A stretch of DNA of 64,000 nucleotides. Origin: Alkalispirochaeta sp. (GTDB lineage Bacteria > Spirochaetota > Spirochaetia > DSM-27196 > Alkalispirochaetaceae). This document shows positions 9,507 through 20,163 of the stretch, piece after piece; the first letter of the stretch is position 1; each line of letters starts with the position of its first letter. Under the pieces are notes generated by a model, which was not told where the DNA came from, ran no database searches, and saw nothing but the letters and a program-made list of their open reading frames with translations. Location: positions 32,001 through 96,000 of the forward strand of contig CBDESZ010000016.1 in NCBI GenBank assembly GCA_965242725.1, written 5' to 3'. A program made the position numbers and the translations under genes.

Positions 9507-11260
9507 CCTGAAAACGGACAGCTGTTATGAGTGATGGCGAGGATTTTGTTCCTTCAGGCAGCTGTCCGTTTTCGCCCGGAATCCCTGTCCGAAATCACCG
9601 GAGTACACACTCTCGAAGAGAAGCTCCAGCTGGCTGTTTTTCTCCGTTTCGGTCGTTCCAGTGAGCAATCCACCGTCGCTCCCGGCCAGGGCGATCTGTT
9701 TACCGAGGCCGATGACACAACCACGGCGGAGTCAGAAGAATCCGAGGACAAAGACACCGTAACGGTCGCCGCCCATACGAAGAAAAAGCCCGGCCGCAAG
9801 CCGATTGATCCGGCGCTTCCCCGCTTTGAACGGGTCATCGATATTTCCGATGGCGACAAACAGTGTGCCTGTGGTCACCAGATGGTACGGATCGGTGAAG
9901 AAGTTACCGAGCGCATTCAGGTCATTCCGGAGAAGATCTGGGTCGATCGTATCGTTCGCCCCAAATACGCATGCCACCAATGCGAAGGGTCCGGTGATGA
10001 ATCCAAACCCGCAGTGCGAATAGCGCCGGTGGAACCGACAGTGGTTCCCGGAGGTATCGCCACCGCGAGCCTGATCGCCTTTATCCTGGTTAACAAGTTT
10101 GTGGATCACTTGCCGTTCTACCGGCAGGAAAAACGATTTGAGCGGATCGGGATCACCATATCCCGAGAGAACATGAGTAACTGGACGATCCGCTCTGCCC
10201 AGGTACTCCAGCCATTGATCGATCGGTTTCGGACGCTGATTCGCGGAGGGCCGGTGGTGAATGTCGATGATACCCGGGTACAGGTCATGAAAGAACCGGG
10301 GCGGGCAGATACAACGAACAGCTTTATGTGGCTTGCCCGCGGCGGGCCGCCGGATTCACCGGTAACACTGTATCACTACAGCCCGACCCGGAGCGCCGAC
10401 TATCTCAGACGACTCCTCTCAGGGACTGCGCTCTACATGCAGGGTGACGCGTATCAGGCGCATGAGCAACTGGCAAAGGAAGAACCCGGCATTATGCGGG
10501 TTGGGTGCTTCGCCCATGCCCGGCGAAAGTTTCACGAGGCGGCGAAGGGGAGCAAGAAAGCCGGCGCTGCCCACGAGGGGATGAAATACATCGGCCAGCT
10601 CTACCGGATCGAGACGGAGTTGCGTGCATTGGGTCTCTCCGACGATGAGTTCTCTAGGAAACGACGTGAGAGGACAGAACCGATCATGGCGAAGTATCAT
10701 CAATGGTTGACCAAGAAGCAGCAGGCCGTTGTTCCTTCAACTCTTCTGGGAAAGGCAGTGACCTATACGCTCGACGAATGGCCGGCGCTTGTTCGCTACC
10801 TCGATCACCCGGCACTCACCCCGGACAATAATGCCGCCGAAAACGCAATCCGCCCCTTTGTTCTGGGCCGGAAGAACTGGCTGTTCTCCGGAAGCCCGAA
10901 CGGCGCTGCCGCCTCATGCGCGATCTATTCATTGATCGAGACTGCGAAGCAGAACAGCCTGAACCCGTTCGCGTATCTGTACTATGTCCTTGATCGGGCT
11001 CCACGGATCATCGCCGATTCCGAATGGGATGAGCTGCTTCCCGGTAAGCTCACTGAGGAAACGATATCAGCATCCTACCCCGCACCGGGGCGTTTAATTT
11101 GACGGTTACGACTAAAAACGAGACATGCCAGTCGAGAGTCACCAAGAAAAGTGCAAAAGAATCTGGACACTACCCGAACGCTTCGAAGGTATTCTGTATA
11201 GATTTTGCGACAGCCTCTATATGCTTCGTAAATGTGATGACCGTTCACGAAGAGGATAGT

Positions 11261-12196
11261 TTAAGGAGTCCCACTATAGGAAACCCTGGTACCAATAATC
11301 GCGCCCGCCGCCTTACGTTCATCAATGCCGTGTTCGTCTCCGTGTATCCGCAGTACCGTACAATCACGGAATCTTTGAGCGGCCAGGAGCATCCCGAGAC
11401 GATGTGGTTTTGGCCCTAATGGAACGATCGAAACGTCCGACTCGTGGATAAACTCTGAAATGAGTTCAGCTATCGCTTGAAACACGATGCGAACACTCCG
11501 AATGGGCAGAGGAAACACCTGATCGGCGTCTTCTAATATTGCTTTGTTCGCGTCACGCGCCCTTTGTGAGTATTCGTCATGTGCACCGGGATCGGCATAG
11601 ATAGCGATTAGTACTTCTGGTTCCAATTCTTCGACCACTGCTGTAGCAGACCATCCATCGAATCCTAAACCAACTATTGCGGTCGACATAGCAAGTGTAT
11701 ATGGCATACCCTCAAAACCAGGTATAGCGGCAACACTCTGTAGTTCCAGCCGCGGGTGCTCAGGCATATATTCTGCCAAAGAATAGAAGAAATCAATCGT
11801 AACATCGCGATCAAAGGATGTATTGGAGCACCAACTTAGTAATGCAGCGTACCACGATGTACTCATCGAGCTGTAGTCGACAAGCAGATGAAGATTGCTG
11901 GTACTGGAGTTTCGGACTCTGTCTAGGATTGAGTATATCGTTTGTTGTGATTTTCGTTGCTCGGAATGAAACTCAGAGGAAAAATGTGTTGAAAAAAAGG
12001 TATCACTCATTTTGCGCTGATGATTATCCGAATAATCCGTGTATCCGAGTACATGAGTATTACAATCAAGCTTCCCCTTTAGTGCAGTGGCTAAGTGTGT
12101 TGCTCTCGATTCATAACCTGACGCAAATATAGCCGCATCATACGATGTCGTTTGTGAAGTCTCCAAATCAATGTCTTCAACTCTATATAACTTCAT
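11261..12196 (-). CDS. hypothetical protein with two Rossmann/CARF-like repeats
   Basis: AIFASGYESR...VDYSSM and AIVGLGFDG...IVPLGPKP repeats; ATGA overlap with the ATPase gene. The CDS is solid; the fold is inferred. Confidence 0.6.
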   Translation of the reverse strand: MKLYRVEDIDLETSQTTSYDAAIFASGYESRATHLATALKGKLDCNTHVLGYTDYSDNHQRKMSDTFFSTHFSSEFHSEQRKSQQTIYSILDRVRNSSTSNLHLLVDYSSMSTSWYAALLSWCSNTSFDRDVTIDFFYSLAEYMPEHPRLELQSVAAIPGFEGMPYTLAMSTAIVGLGFDGWSATAVVEELEPEVLIAIYADPGAHDEYSQRARDANKAILEDADQVFPLPIRSVRIVFQAIAELISEFIHESDVSIVPLGPKPHRLGMLLAAQRFRDCTVLRIHGDEHGIDERKAAGAIIGTRVSYSGTP

Positions 12197-14016
12197 TGTT
12201 CCTCATTTATTGGTAGAGATAATTGAGTAGATTCGACGCCATCGCCGTTCTCAATCTGCTCCTGACCCTGGCTCAAGATCTTTGATAGTTTGACTGGCCT
12301 TCCATTTCTCGGTAGTAGACGGAAGTGCGGGCATAATGCAAACGCGAGTTGAAATGTGCCAGTTTTTTCGGGTAGTTGGTCTGGCGAAGACCGCCTTCTT
12401 CGTGGATAGAGTAAGCCGAGTGAGACGGCCCGACTGATAACGGGCCAGTATTCTTCCGGCACGTCTTCGTCGAATTGGATCGCTGAATACACATCGGTAG
12501 TCAAAGGCGAAGTATGAAACCTATTCCGAAAATACATGCCAATTCGGTCGATAAGTTCGAAAAGTGCGGTCCCAACAGCCTCGTCGCTCCTCTTTCTTTC
12601 TAGTTCATCTGCTGAAAAAGAGATTAGTTTCTCGGATTGGCGCGTCTTGGAAACTACGGGTTCTTCTTTATTCACCGAAGACCTGGCCGCTGACTTAAAC
12701 TCGAGCAGGTACTTGTTATATATTCGTATCAGCTTTCTTGTGTTAAAATCCGCACATCTGACGATCAACTCAGCACCGGAAAATACGTCAATTTGTGCGT
12801 TACCGCGCTCGTTAGCTACCGCTTCGCGCAATAGCAGTGCACCGCGAATCTTTCGATCGATTGAATCTCCAAACTTTGCGGGCGAACTTGTGACAAGCTC
12901 ACGAGCTCGGTCTCTAGTTTCGGTGCTACAATACTTTTCAATGAGTTTATCGATTCTATCGTCCAGTCCTTTCGAGTACTTGTGGGGCTGAAGAAGAACT
13001 GAGTGTCCAAAGAGTTTGTGTAGAGTGATCTCTGACGTGAATGCATGAGATCTTGCCACCCGCTTATTGAGGATCGTAGCAGCAAATTGGTACCCCGGCG
13101 CGTCGGTTCGGCCACTTCTTAATACGGGGTCTTGGTCAATATACACGTATTCGAAATCGTGTCCTATATCTAGCGGGGCAGCTATATTCGTAGCAAGTGT
13201 GCTATGGTAATAAGGCATCGTAACAATCTTGAGAAACAGATTTGCAGACTCTGCCCGCATCAGAGTATTTAGGACACGAAGGTGTGATTCTTCTAGATAC
13301 TCTGCTTCGTCGATACAAAGTGCCCAAGCTGCACTTTGCGACAATTCTAGGATCTCCGTCGCGATCGGAATGCCCGTCCTAATCATGCTTAACAGCGGCA
13401 CATCGAGTTCGTAACCTACTGACATGTCGGACCGGTCATTCTCATTCGATCTTTTCGCCTGTAATAGGTTCTTGTGGTGTGCGATCTCCAGGAAATGCTT
13501 CTGTATACTTCCGAGCTGAGCGATCGAAATCTTTCCACCAGTCCACAAACTCGATAGCTCTTGAGACAGTAATCTCTCCCTACGAGCCCGACGACCGGGA
13601 TCTTCGAAATACCGATTAAGGCAACTTCGAAGTGATTCAAGGAAACTAATTACGGTGAGTAGGTTAAAACGCCACTGAAACTGACTTTCAGCTTCCTCTT
13701 TTGAACTCCAAGGCTTGCTACGAAGTGCTCCTACCCACTCCAAACTCGTCGGTGTGTACATGCCTATGAATGCACGATCTTCTATCGCACGCTTGGCAGG
13801 CCTTTCATCTAAGAGCGATAAATGGGAATGTGATAACATCCGTGCCAGAGAAGTCTTTCCGGCTCCGCGTGAGCCGAGGATCACATGATGCTTCGGTGTC
13901 ATCAGACGCCAAAACGCTTTAAGGGGAACGAAAGTCGCGGCGATGTCTTCAGCGTTGAGATGCTTGGCATTTTCAACTTCAAAAAGGTTTCTCGACACCT
14001 GAAATTGCTTACTCAA
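12193..14016 (-). CDS. ORC/CDC6-like (STAND-related) AAA+ ATPase with probable C-terminal wHTH
   Basis: Walker A GSRGAGKT; Walker B LCIDEAE; C-terminal RAVSLGLL...LCPHFRL. Confidence 0.75.
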   Translation of the reverse strand: MSKQFQVSRNLFEVENAKHLNAEDIAATFVPLKAFWRLMTPKHHVILGSRGAGKTSLARMLSHSHLSLLDERPAKRAIEDRAFIGMYTPTSLEWVGALRSKPWSSKEEAESQFQWRFNLLTVISFLESLRSCLNRYFEDPGRRARRERLLSQELSSLWTGGKISIAQLGSIQKHFLEIAHHKNLLQAKRSNENDRSDMSVGYELDVPLLSMIRTGIPIATEILELSQSAAWALCIDEAEYLEESHLRVLNTLMRAESANLFLKIVTMPYYHSTLATNIAAPLDIGHDFEYVYIDQDPVLRSGRTDAPGYQFAATILNKRVARSHAFTSEITLHKLFGHSVLLQPHKYSKGLDDRIDKLIEKYCSTETRDRARELVTSSPAKFGDSIDRKIRGALLLREAVANERGNAQIDVFSGAELIVRCADFNTRKLIRIYNKYLLEFKSAARSSVNKEEPVVSKTRQSEKLISFSADELERKRSDEAVGTALFELIDRIGMYFRNRFHTSPLTTDVYSAIQFDEDVPEEYWPVISRAVSLGLLYPRRRRSSPDQLPEKTGTFQLAFALCPHFRLLPRNGRPVKLSKILSQGQEQIENGDGVESTQLSLPINEEQ

Positions 14017-14017
14017 A

Positions 14018-15238
14018 TTACGACTCCTTCAAGAGGATCAGGTTGTCCAGATTTTCACCATGCGGGGTTAGCGATAGGTCCGGGGGCAGGATCTCCAATG
14101 CCGATCTGACGCGTTCGAAGGGTACGTATTCCAATGATAACATTGCTGCGAGATCTCGCCACTTGATGTGATCTTTAGTCGAGAACACTTCCCTTATCTT
14201 TGGTTCCACTCTAGATAACAATTCTCCTTCACGCAAGTATGAGCCAAAGGGATATCGATGGGCCACTCCATTGTGGGCGTCGCTAGGTTTCCATCCCTTG
14301 GCAGCTGTATGGGTCCAACTTTTGACTTCACCGTACGCCGAAAGATCTTTGGGATCTCTACCGTTCACTTCAATTATATGGAACTGATTATTGACCACTC
14401 CGCTCCACCTCGAGTCTAAGATTGCAGAAAAGCTCCCTGCTCCTATCACTACAAGTGGAAACGCACCATTTATACTGACGGAATGTACATTCGGTGCGTG
14501 CTTGTGTCCATGTATCAACAGATCAAAATGATTTCTCGAAAGAGATTGAATTAAGTTCATACTATTGGTCATAACGCTAAAATCAGGTTCATCAGGTAAC
14601 GGGTCACTATAAGCCAACACATGATGATGAACGACAAAAATCCTTAGTTGGTCGTGGTTTGGACTTTTCTGAGTTATTAATTTATCAATTGTTTCCACAG
14701 TTCGCTGTGGGATCAGGCCGTGGTGATTCGATTTCTCGGGTCGATCATGCCAGGATGAATTGAATGTCATAACGTATGCTTCCGGGAAGCGCCATTCGCA
14801 GACAAATGGAGCAATGTCGAAGGAGCCTCGGGCACTTTCATGTCTTTCGGTGAGGTACGACGCAGTGCGTAAAAGGGGATCGTAGCGTTGCTTGTGTCGC
14901 AATCCTGTTGGATCATCGCTGTCGATCCGTAGAACACTCCAATCCACGTCATGATTACCTGGAACGAAAACTACCTTATCATTAGATATGTTAAGTACGT
15001 TGCATATCCGCTTTATCGCTGTGACGGCCAATTCCATTTCCCTCGGATCTGCTCTGTGAGATAGGTCTCCGGGTACTATGAGAATATCTGCGGAAAGACT
15101 TTCAGTTCTAACAAAGTTTTCGAAACTATCGAGATAGTTGTCAACGAAATGTTTTTCGTCTCTTGAATCAGGACATAAATCATTTGCCTTGGACCCGTCC
15201 CCAGAATGAAGATCACTTACTACTGCAATGCGTGTCAT
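14018..15238 (-). CDS. calcineurin-like metallophosphoesterase
   Basis: SDLH, GDL, PGNHD, HH and HGHKH motifs. Confidence 0.9.
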   Translation of the reverse strand: MTRIAVVSDLHSGDGSKANDLCPDSRDEKHFVDNYLDSFENFVRTESLSADILIVPGDLSHRADPREMELAVTAIKRICNVLNISNDKVVFVPGNHDVDWSVLRIDSDDPTGLRHKQRYDPLLRTASYLTERHESARGSFDIAPFVCEWRFPEAYVMTFNSSWHDRPEKSNHHGLIPQRTVETIDKLITQKSPNHDQLRIFVVHHHVLAYSDPLPDEPDFSVMTNSMNLIQSLSRNHFDLLIHGHKHAPNVHSVSINGAFPLVVIGAGSFSAILDSRWSGVVNNQFHIIEVNGRDPKDLSAYGEVKSWTHTAAKGWKPSDAHNGVAHRYPFGSYLREGELLSRVEPKIREVFSTKDHIKWRDLAAMLSLEYVPFERVRSALEILPPDLSLTPHGENLDNLILLKES

Positions 15239-16044
15239 GATGACAATCCTAGATTTAAGTTTGAGGCGACGATTTCTGAGGCCGGGTTCCGACGTTCTGC
15301 CTTGCTGGCCATCCGACGTGGAACAGAAATAGTGCTAAAGTTCCACTTGTTTTTTAAGTTTTGTATTTGTTCACAATCCGCATAACTGAGTACAAAAGCC
15401 GCTCCACGTTTGTCAATAACCTCAAGAACACGCATGAGTCTCTCTAAGTCGTCAAAATCGAACAGTTTTGGCCCATATTGGGTGAAGGATTTTACCCCAC
15501 GGCGAAAATACGGTGGATCTAGATATACAAAGTCCCGTTCTCGAACATTGCTAAGAAGAAAATCCTCAAAGTCTATGCAGGAAAACGTTACTCTATTCAT
15601 TGTTGCACTTATTTCTCTCAGTCGGTCTTTTGATGGTAGTTGACCGGTTTTCCTTGGCGCATAGGGCACATTAAACTCTCCCTTGTGATTGGTTCGATAC
15701 AGACCATTGAAACAATACCGATTCAAAAAGATGAATCTCGCTGCCCTTGCTACATTATCGTCGAGATTTGTCTGGCTTCTGACGTGATAGTAGAATGCTT
15801 TCGTGTTGGGCATTTTTTGCAAATTGTCGGCCACCTCGTCTGGTCGATCAACAATCGTTTGGTATGTTTTAACTAGTTCGCCATTTAAATCGTTGAGTTG
15901 CGCCGTATGTGGAAGAAGGCGAAAGTAAAGAGCAGCAGATCCCGCAAAAGCTTCGAGGTATCTTACAAAGTGTGGAGTCCAGAATTCCTGAAGCAATGGT
16001 AGTAGAGCTTTCTTACTACCAGCCCACCGAAAAATAGGTTCCAT
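15235..16044 (-). CDS. Dam-family DNA adenine methyltransferase
   Basis: FRWAGSK, EAFAGS, FNGLYRTN, YLDPPY. Confidence 0.9.
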   Translation of the reverse strand: MEPIFRWAGSKKALLPLLQEFWTPHFVRYLEAFAGSAALYFRLLPHTAQLNDLNGELVKTYQTIVDRPDEVADNLQKMPNTKAFYYHVRSQTNLDDNVARAARFIFLNRYCFNGLYRTNHKGEFNVPYAPRKTGQLPSKDRLREISATMNRVTFSCIDFEDFLLSNVRERDFVYLDPPYFRRGVKSFTQYGPKLFDFDDLERLMRVLEVIDKRGAAFVLSYADCEQIQNLKNKWNFSTISVPRRMASKAERRNPASEIVASNLNLGLSS

Positions 16045-16455
16045 TTTATAACTATAAACTAGAATTTATGTGTCGCACAGCGCTTCATTTCGAAGACCCA
16101 CCAACCATTTCTCTAAAGTCTCGCGGTCCGCCTCATCGTGGTATGAGAAACTCTAGAAAATCGGCAATCCTTCCATACATAAAGATAAAGTACGATATTT
16201 TGCGCACTTTCATGGGAGTTGAAAGAAACGGCCCTCGACTGGATAGTGTGAGTTACCCCTAACCAACTATCACAGGAGGACTGTCGCGGGCCAGGCATAA
16301 TCCCCATAAATTTGGCGTTGGGGCCATGGATATTCCCCACCCGCCGAGCCCCACGGGGCCATTTATATTCCCCAGTTTTTCCGCAATAGGGCCATCCATA
16401 TTCCCCACCTGATGGGGTGATACCGGTACCCTGATGCGCAGGAGGACTGTGGGTC

Positions 16456-18069
16456 ATGGGATACCGTATGCTGAAGATTGATCACCTCTATGAGGTATAC
16501 CGTCGCGCCATCGCCGGAGAAAGCAAAAGCGCGATCGCCATACACACTGGATGGGATCGCAAGACGATCGGGAAATACATCAGGATTCTCTCGGAGCGGT
16601 CACTACTGCCGGCAGAATTGGCAGTCAGCCGGGATGCGTTTCAGAGACGGGCAGGAGATCTTGCCGATCAGCCGCGTGAGAAGTCTACACCGGCGAGGGA
16701 TCAGCTTATTGATCATCTTGATGAACTGCGCGAACTGATCGCTCCGTCCAAAGATGAGAACGGGAAAATCGAAAAACCGATGCGCCCGAAATCGGCATAT
16801 CGGGTGATCCTCCGGCGCCATAACCTCTCCATCGGATACTCGTCGTTCAAACGGTTCGCCCGGGAACACGGTTTAATGGAGGTTGCAAAGAAGACGTATA
16901 TCCGTATTGAGTTACCGCCGGGTCGGGAGGTCCAACTTGATTACGGCACCATGGGGCTTCTGGCCGTGGATGGGCGGAATCGCACGATCTACGCCTTCTG
17001 TGCAATTCTTGCTCACTCTCGCAAGCCCTTTGTCCAATTGGTCACCAGCCAGAGCGAACAGAGCTTTGCGGAGAGCGTGGTTGAGATATTCCATTTCTAC
17101 GGCGGTGTCACCGAGTTTCTCACGGTGGATAACCTGAAGGCTGCGGTGATTAAACCGGACCTCTGGGACCCGCAGCTGAACCGGTCTCTGGCAGAAGTGG
17201 CTGAGTATTACGGAACCTTTGTGAATACCGCTCGGGTAGTGACGGCAACAGATAAAGGGAAGGTCGAGCGGATTATTCCGGTTGTCAGGGAAGCGTATCG
17301 TGTCATCAGAGCAGTCCATCCCACCGCGACCCTCACGGAAATGAACCGCTACATGCTTCAATGGTGTGTCGACGAATACGGTACGGAACCGCATGGAACG
17401 ACTCGTATTCCACCTGAGGAAGCGTTTGTGGCCGAGCAAAATGCACTCAAACCGCTCCCGGAATCGCGATTCGAGCCGGCTTCCTGGGCCTATCCGAAAG
17501 TTCACAAGGGTGATGGCTTTCTGAGCTACCACAAGATGCGCTTTGCCGTTCCGGCGAAATACCGGGGAAAACAGGTGGCGGTACGCGCTACCAGGCGCCT
17601 GATCGAGATTTTTCATGGCCCGGAGCGTATCCGCATCTATCCATATGAGCCGGGAACGCGGGTGTATTACTTCACCAGCGACTTTCCGGCGGAAAAACAG
17701 GCGATGATGGACGGGTCCTATCCACAACACCTTCTCCAGCGCGCGAATTCGTACGGGAGTGCAGCCCGGGATCTGATTTCCGCAATCCTGGCGCCTCACG
17801 CGTATCTCAACGCCCGTCAGGCTCAGGGACTACTCCGTGTTATGGATGAATTCCGCGAACATCCGGACTTTGATACTCACTGCCTCACCGCACTGCGCCG
17901 CCGGATCGTCGTTCCCAAAACGTTCAAAGCATTGTTTGAACTAGACAGGACCGCCGGCAGGCGAGGAACACTCTCTACCACGCCCGCTGTCGATATGACG
18001 ATGGCACGGGATATCACCTATTTCTTTGACCTTCAGGAGGAACTCGATGCAGCAGGCTCACGAAATTGA
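16456..18069 (+). CDS. istA: IS21 transposase IstA
   Basis: QLDYG, VDNLKAAV, DKGKVER. Confidence 0.92.
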   Translation: MGYRMLKIDHLYEVYRRAIAGESKSAIAIHTGWDRKTIGKYIRILSERSLLPAELAVSRDAFQRRAGDLADQPREKSTPARDQLIDHLDELRELIAPSKDENGKIEKPMRPKSAYRVILRRHNLSIGYSSFKRFAREHGLMEVAKKTYIRIELPPGREVQLDYGTMGLLAVDGRNRTIYAFCAILAHSRKPFVQLVTSQSEQSFAESVVEIFHFYGGVTEFLTVDNLKAAVIKPDLWDPQLNRSLAEVAEYYGTFVNTARVVTATDKGKVERIIPVVREAYRVIRAVHPTATLTEMNRYMLQWCVDEYGTEPHGTTRIPPEEAFVAEQNALKPLPESRFEPASWAYPKVHKGDGFLSYHKMRFAVPAKYRGKQVAVRATRRLIEIFHGPERIRIYPYEPGTRVYYFTSDFPAEKQAMMDGSYPQHLLQRANSYGSAARDLISAILAPHAYLNARQAQGLLRVMDEFREHPDFDTHCLTALRRRIVVPKTFKALFELDRTAGRRGTLSTTPAVDMTMARDITYFFDLQEELDAAGSRN

Positions 18070-18817
18070 ACACGAACTTAAACGACTACGCATGCCCGGA
18101 GCGTACCAGCAGCTTGATCACCGGTTGATTGAGGCTCAAGAGCAGAGCCTCGGTTATCTCGAGTTCCTCGCTCTGGTTCTCCACGACGAACTGGCAAACC
18201 GGGAGGCGAACAACTTCACCAAACGGTTGAGTCAGGCATCCCTGGGAACCCGGGAAACCTTCGATCGCTTCGATTTCCGTTTCAATGATGAAGTCTTTCC
18301 GGCGGCAACGATCCGCGACCTGGCATCATGCCGGTTTATCCAGCAGCACACCAACCTCGTTATTGCCGGTCCTCCCGGAATCGGGAAGACGTTCATTGTG
18401 AAAGCGATCGGCCACGAGGCATGCCGCCAGGGATTCACCGTGCTGTTCCGCAGCACTCAGCGGCTGCTTTCCAGCCTCCTTACCGCTTCACCTGATCGGC
18501 AACGACGGATGCTCAAGAAAGCGTGTTCCGTGGATGTCCTCATCCTCGATGATTTCGCCTTCCGCTCTCTTGATCAGCATGAGGCGGAGATGCTGTACAT
18601 CATCGCCGAAGAACGGAACGGTATCTCCTCGACCATTCTCACTTCCAACAGACCGCCGCAGGACTGGTACAGCATCTTTCCCGATCCCATCGTTGGTGGT
18701 GCTATTCTCGACCGCATGGTCTCGGGAGCGATTAAACTCATTACTTCGAAAGGGCGCTCGTACCGGAAGGAAGTACACGGCTCCCACACCTCAAAATCAG
18801 CTCCGCCAAAATCGTGA
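18047..18817 (+). CDS. istB: IS21 ATPase IstB
   Basis: GPPGIGKT, LILDDF, TSNRP, AILDRM. Confidence 0.92.
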   Translation: MQQAHEIEHELKRLRMPGAYQQLDHRLIEAQEQSLGYLEFLALVLHDELANREANNFTKRLSQASLGTRETFDRFDFRFNDEVFPAATIRDLASCRFIQQHTNLVIAGPPGIGKTFIVKAIGHEACRQGFTVLFRSTQRLLSSLLTASPDRQRRMLKKACSVDVLILDDFAFRSLDQHEAEMLYIIAEERNGISSTILTSNRPPQDWYSIFPDPIVGGAILDRMVSGAIKLITSKGRSYRKEVHGSHTSKSAPPKS

Positions 18818-18906
18818 CACCCCCCCGGATACCCTTATTTTCACTGGGGAATATGGATGGCCCTGGGGTGGGGAATTACGCGGCCCTTGACAAGGACCGC
18901 CATGAA

Positions 18907-19475
18907 TGGAAATTACGCCCCAAACCTGCCGGCTGTTACGATTTAAACCTGCCACCCATTCCGGCTAAACCTGCCGGGTATTCCGACGTAAACCTGCCAA
19001 ATTTCGGCGGTCATCGTAACGGGTGGCAGGTTTGTATCGGAATGGAGATTTGCATCCTCGCAAGAAACGTTGGAACTCGTCATCGTAGCCGATGAGGAGG
19101 AACCGAATGCCGAAAGCGAGGATCAGCATGAGTAAAATACGAGAAATCATTCGGTTAAACGAATCTTCCGGATTATCCATCCGGAAGATCAGCCGCGCAC
19201 TGGCCGTATCCCGGCCGGTGATGTCGGAGTATCTCAAACAGGCAGAAAATGCCGGACTGAAATGGGCGGATGTGGAGACGATGAGCGACGATGAGTTGCT
19301 CGAGCGTTTGCGGGATAGCGAAACACGGCGATATGATCCACGATACGAAGTTCTGATGAATCTGATGCCGGGAATGGTCAACGAGCTGGGGCGACGCCGC
19401 GGCCGTATGGGTGAGATACCGGTCGTGTGGAAACCACACGACCGGAGCTTTGCTCCTGAGCTTACGGGACGGTGA
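18907..19475 (+). pseudogene. istA: truncated IS21 element 3 (left-end repeats plus istA N-terminus from 19107)
   Basis: Four AAACCTGCC repeats at 18922, 18945, 18967 and 18990; MSKIREIIRL...SIRKISRAL HTH, then loss of similarity. Confidence 0.8.
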
Positions 19476-20163
19476 TCGTATTGGCGTACGTGCCGTTCCG
19501 GAGCTCACATCCTTCCGTGCGACGGGCCCTCAGTTGGACCGTGTAGGGGCCCGCGGGCAGGTCCGGGACTTTTCCGTCTACGATTTTTGTACCGTGGCGG
19601 CTGTAGACCGTTGCGCGATACCCGGTGCCGGCGGCATCCACAAAGAAGACGCCTTCGTCCTCCGCTTCCGTATGGAAGGCAAGGCGGGCGCCGACGATGT
19701 GAAAGAGTTGCCCCGGAGAGAGCTCATCCGCCGCCGCAGGTTGATCCACGTTTGTAAGGGTTGAAATGACCGGCAGTTTTGGATTGAGCTGCTCCTCCAC
19801 GGAGATCGCCAGACGGTTCTGGATCTCCTGGTAGAAGCCGCGGTTTGGACGATACCGGAGCTTCATGCCCTGCGGGCCGATGTCAGGCGTGACGGGGCTC
19901 CCGTTTCGCTCGCCCCGTACGTGGGCGGCAAAGATGCCGAGGGGCGTCTGCACGGCGTTGCCCTTGGCGGTGTAGAAGACGAGTGCCTTCTTGAGTCGAT
20001 CTACGGCGAGACGCATGTCGTCCTCTTCCAACGCCGTATCCATCGCCATAAACCGCAGAATTTCTTCAAACTCCACGGTTACCCGATTGACCACACGCGG
20101 CCGTAGCGGCAGTCCGTTATGCAGCGTGTTTTCCACCAACGTGACTTGCAAAGGCATAGCCAC
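19462..20163 (-). CDS. HU-like DNA-binding domain plus DUF4469 (Ig-like) protein
   Basis: N-terminal HU-like segment; C-terminal GARLAF...DEGVFF...LPAGPY. Confidence 0.7.
   Translation of the reverse strand: MAMPLQVTLVENTLHNGLPLRPRVVNRVTVEFEEILRFMAMDTALEEDDMRLAVDRLKKALVFYTAKGNAVQTPLGIFAAHVRGERNGSPVTPDIGPQGMKLRYRPNRGFYQEIQNRLAISVEEQLNPKLPVISTLTNVDQPAAADELSPGQLFHIVGARLAFHTEAEDEGVFFVDAAGTGYRATVYSRHGTKIVDGKVPDLPAGPYTVQLRARRTEGCELRNGTYANTITVP

Larger units (their letters stand above)
7007..9609 (+). mobile_element. IS21-family element 1
   Basis: IRs TGTGTACACCGG / CCGGAGTACACA; TSD CTCT (7003-7006, 9610-9613); repeated CGGACA...TTCCGG end sites. Confidence 0.92.
6858..11102 (+). pseudogene. tnpC: IS66 TnpC transposase interrupted by IS21 (parts 6858-7006 and 9614-11102)
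   Basis: Removing the IS21 and one TSD copy restores in-frame EVQSLEEKLQLAVFLRFGRSSE; HLPFYRQ, CFAHARRKF, DNNAAENAIRP. Confidence 0.9.
4709..11109 (+). mobile_element. IS66-family element carrying nested IS110 and IS21 insertions
   Basis: Ends GTAACCGTC (4709-4717) and GACGGTTAC (11101-11109); 8-bp TSD GACTAAAA at 4701-4708 and 11110-11117; tnpA-tnpB-tnpC. Confidence 0.93.
16282..18892 (+). mobile_element. IS21-family element 2
   Basis: IRs TGTCGCGGGCC / GGCCCTTGACA; TSD AGGAC (16277-16281, 18893-18897); ATATTCCCCA end repeats. Confidence 0.9.

Noticed and set aside
9531..9613. Start of the 523-aa tnpC ORF
   Set aside because: Derived from the IS21 right end; the true N-terminus is at 6858.
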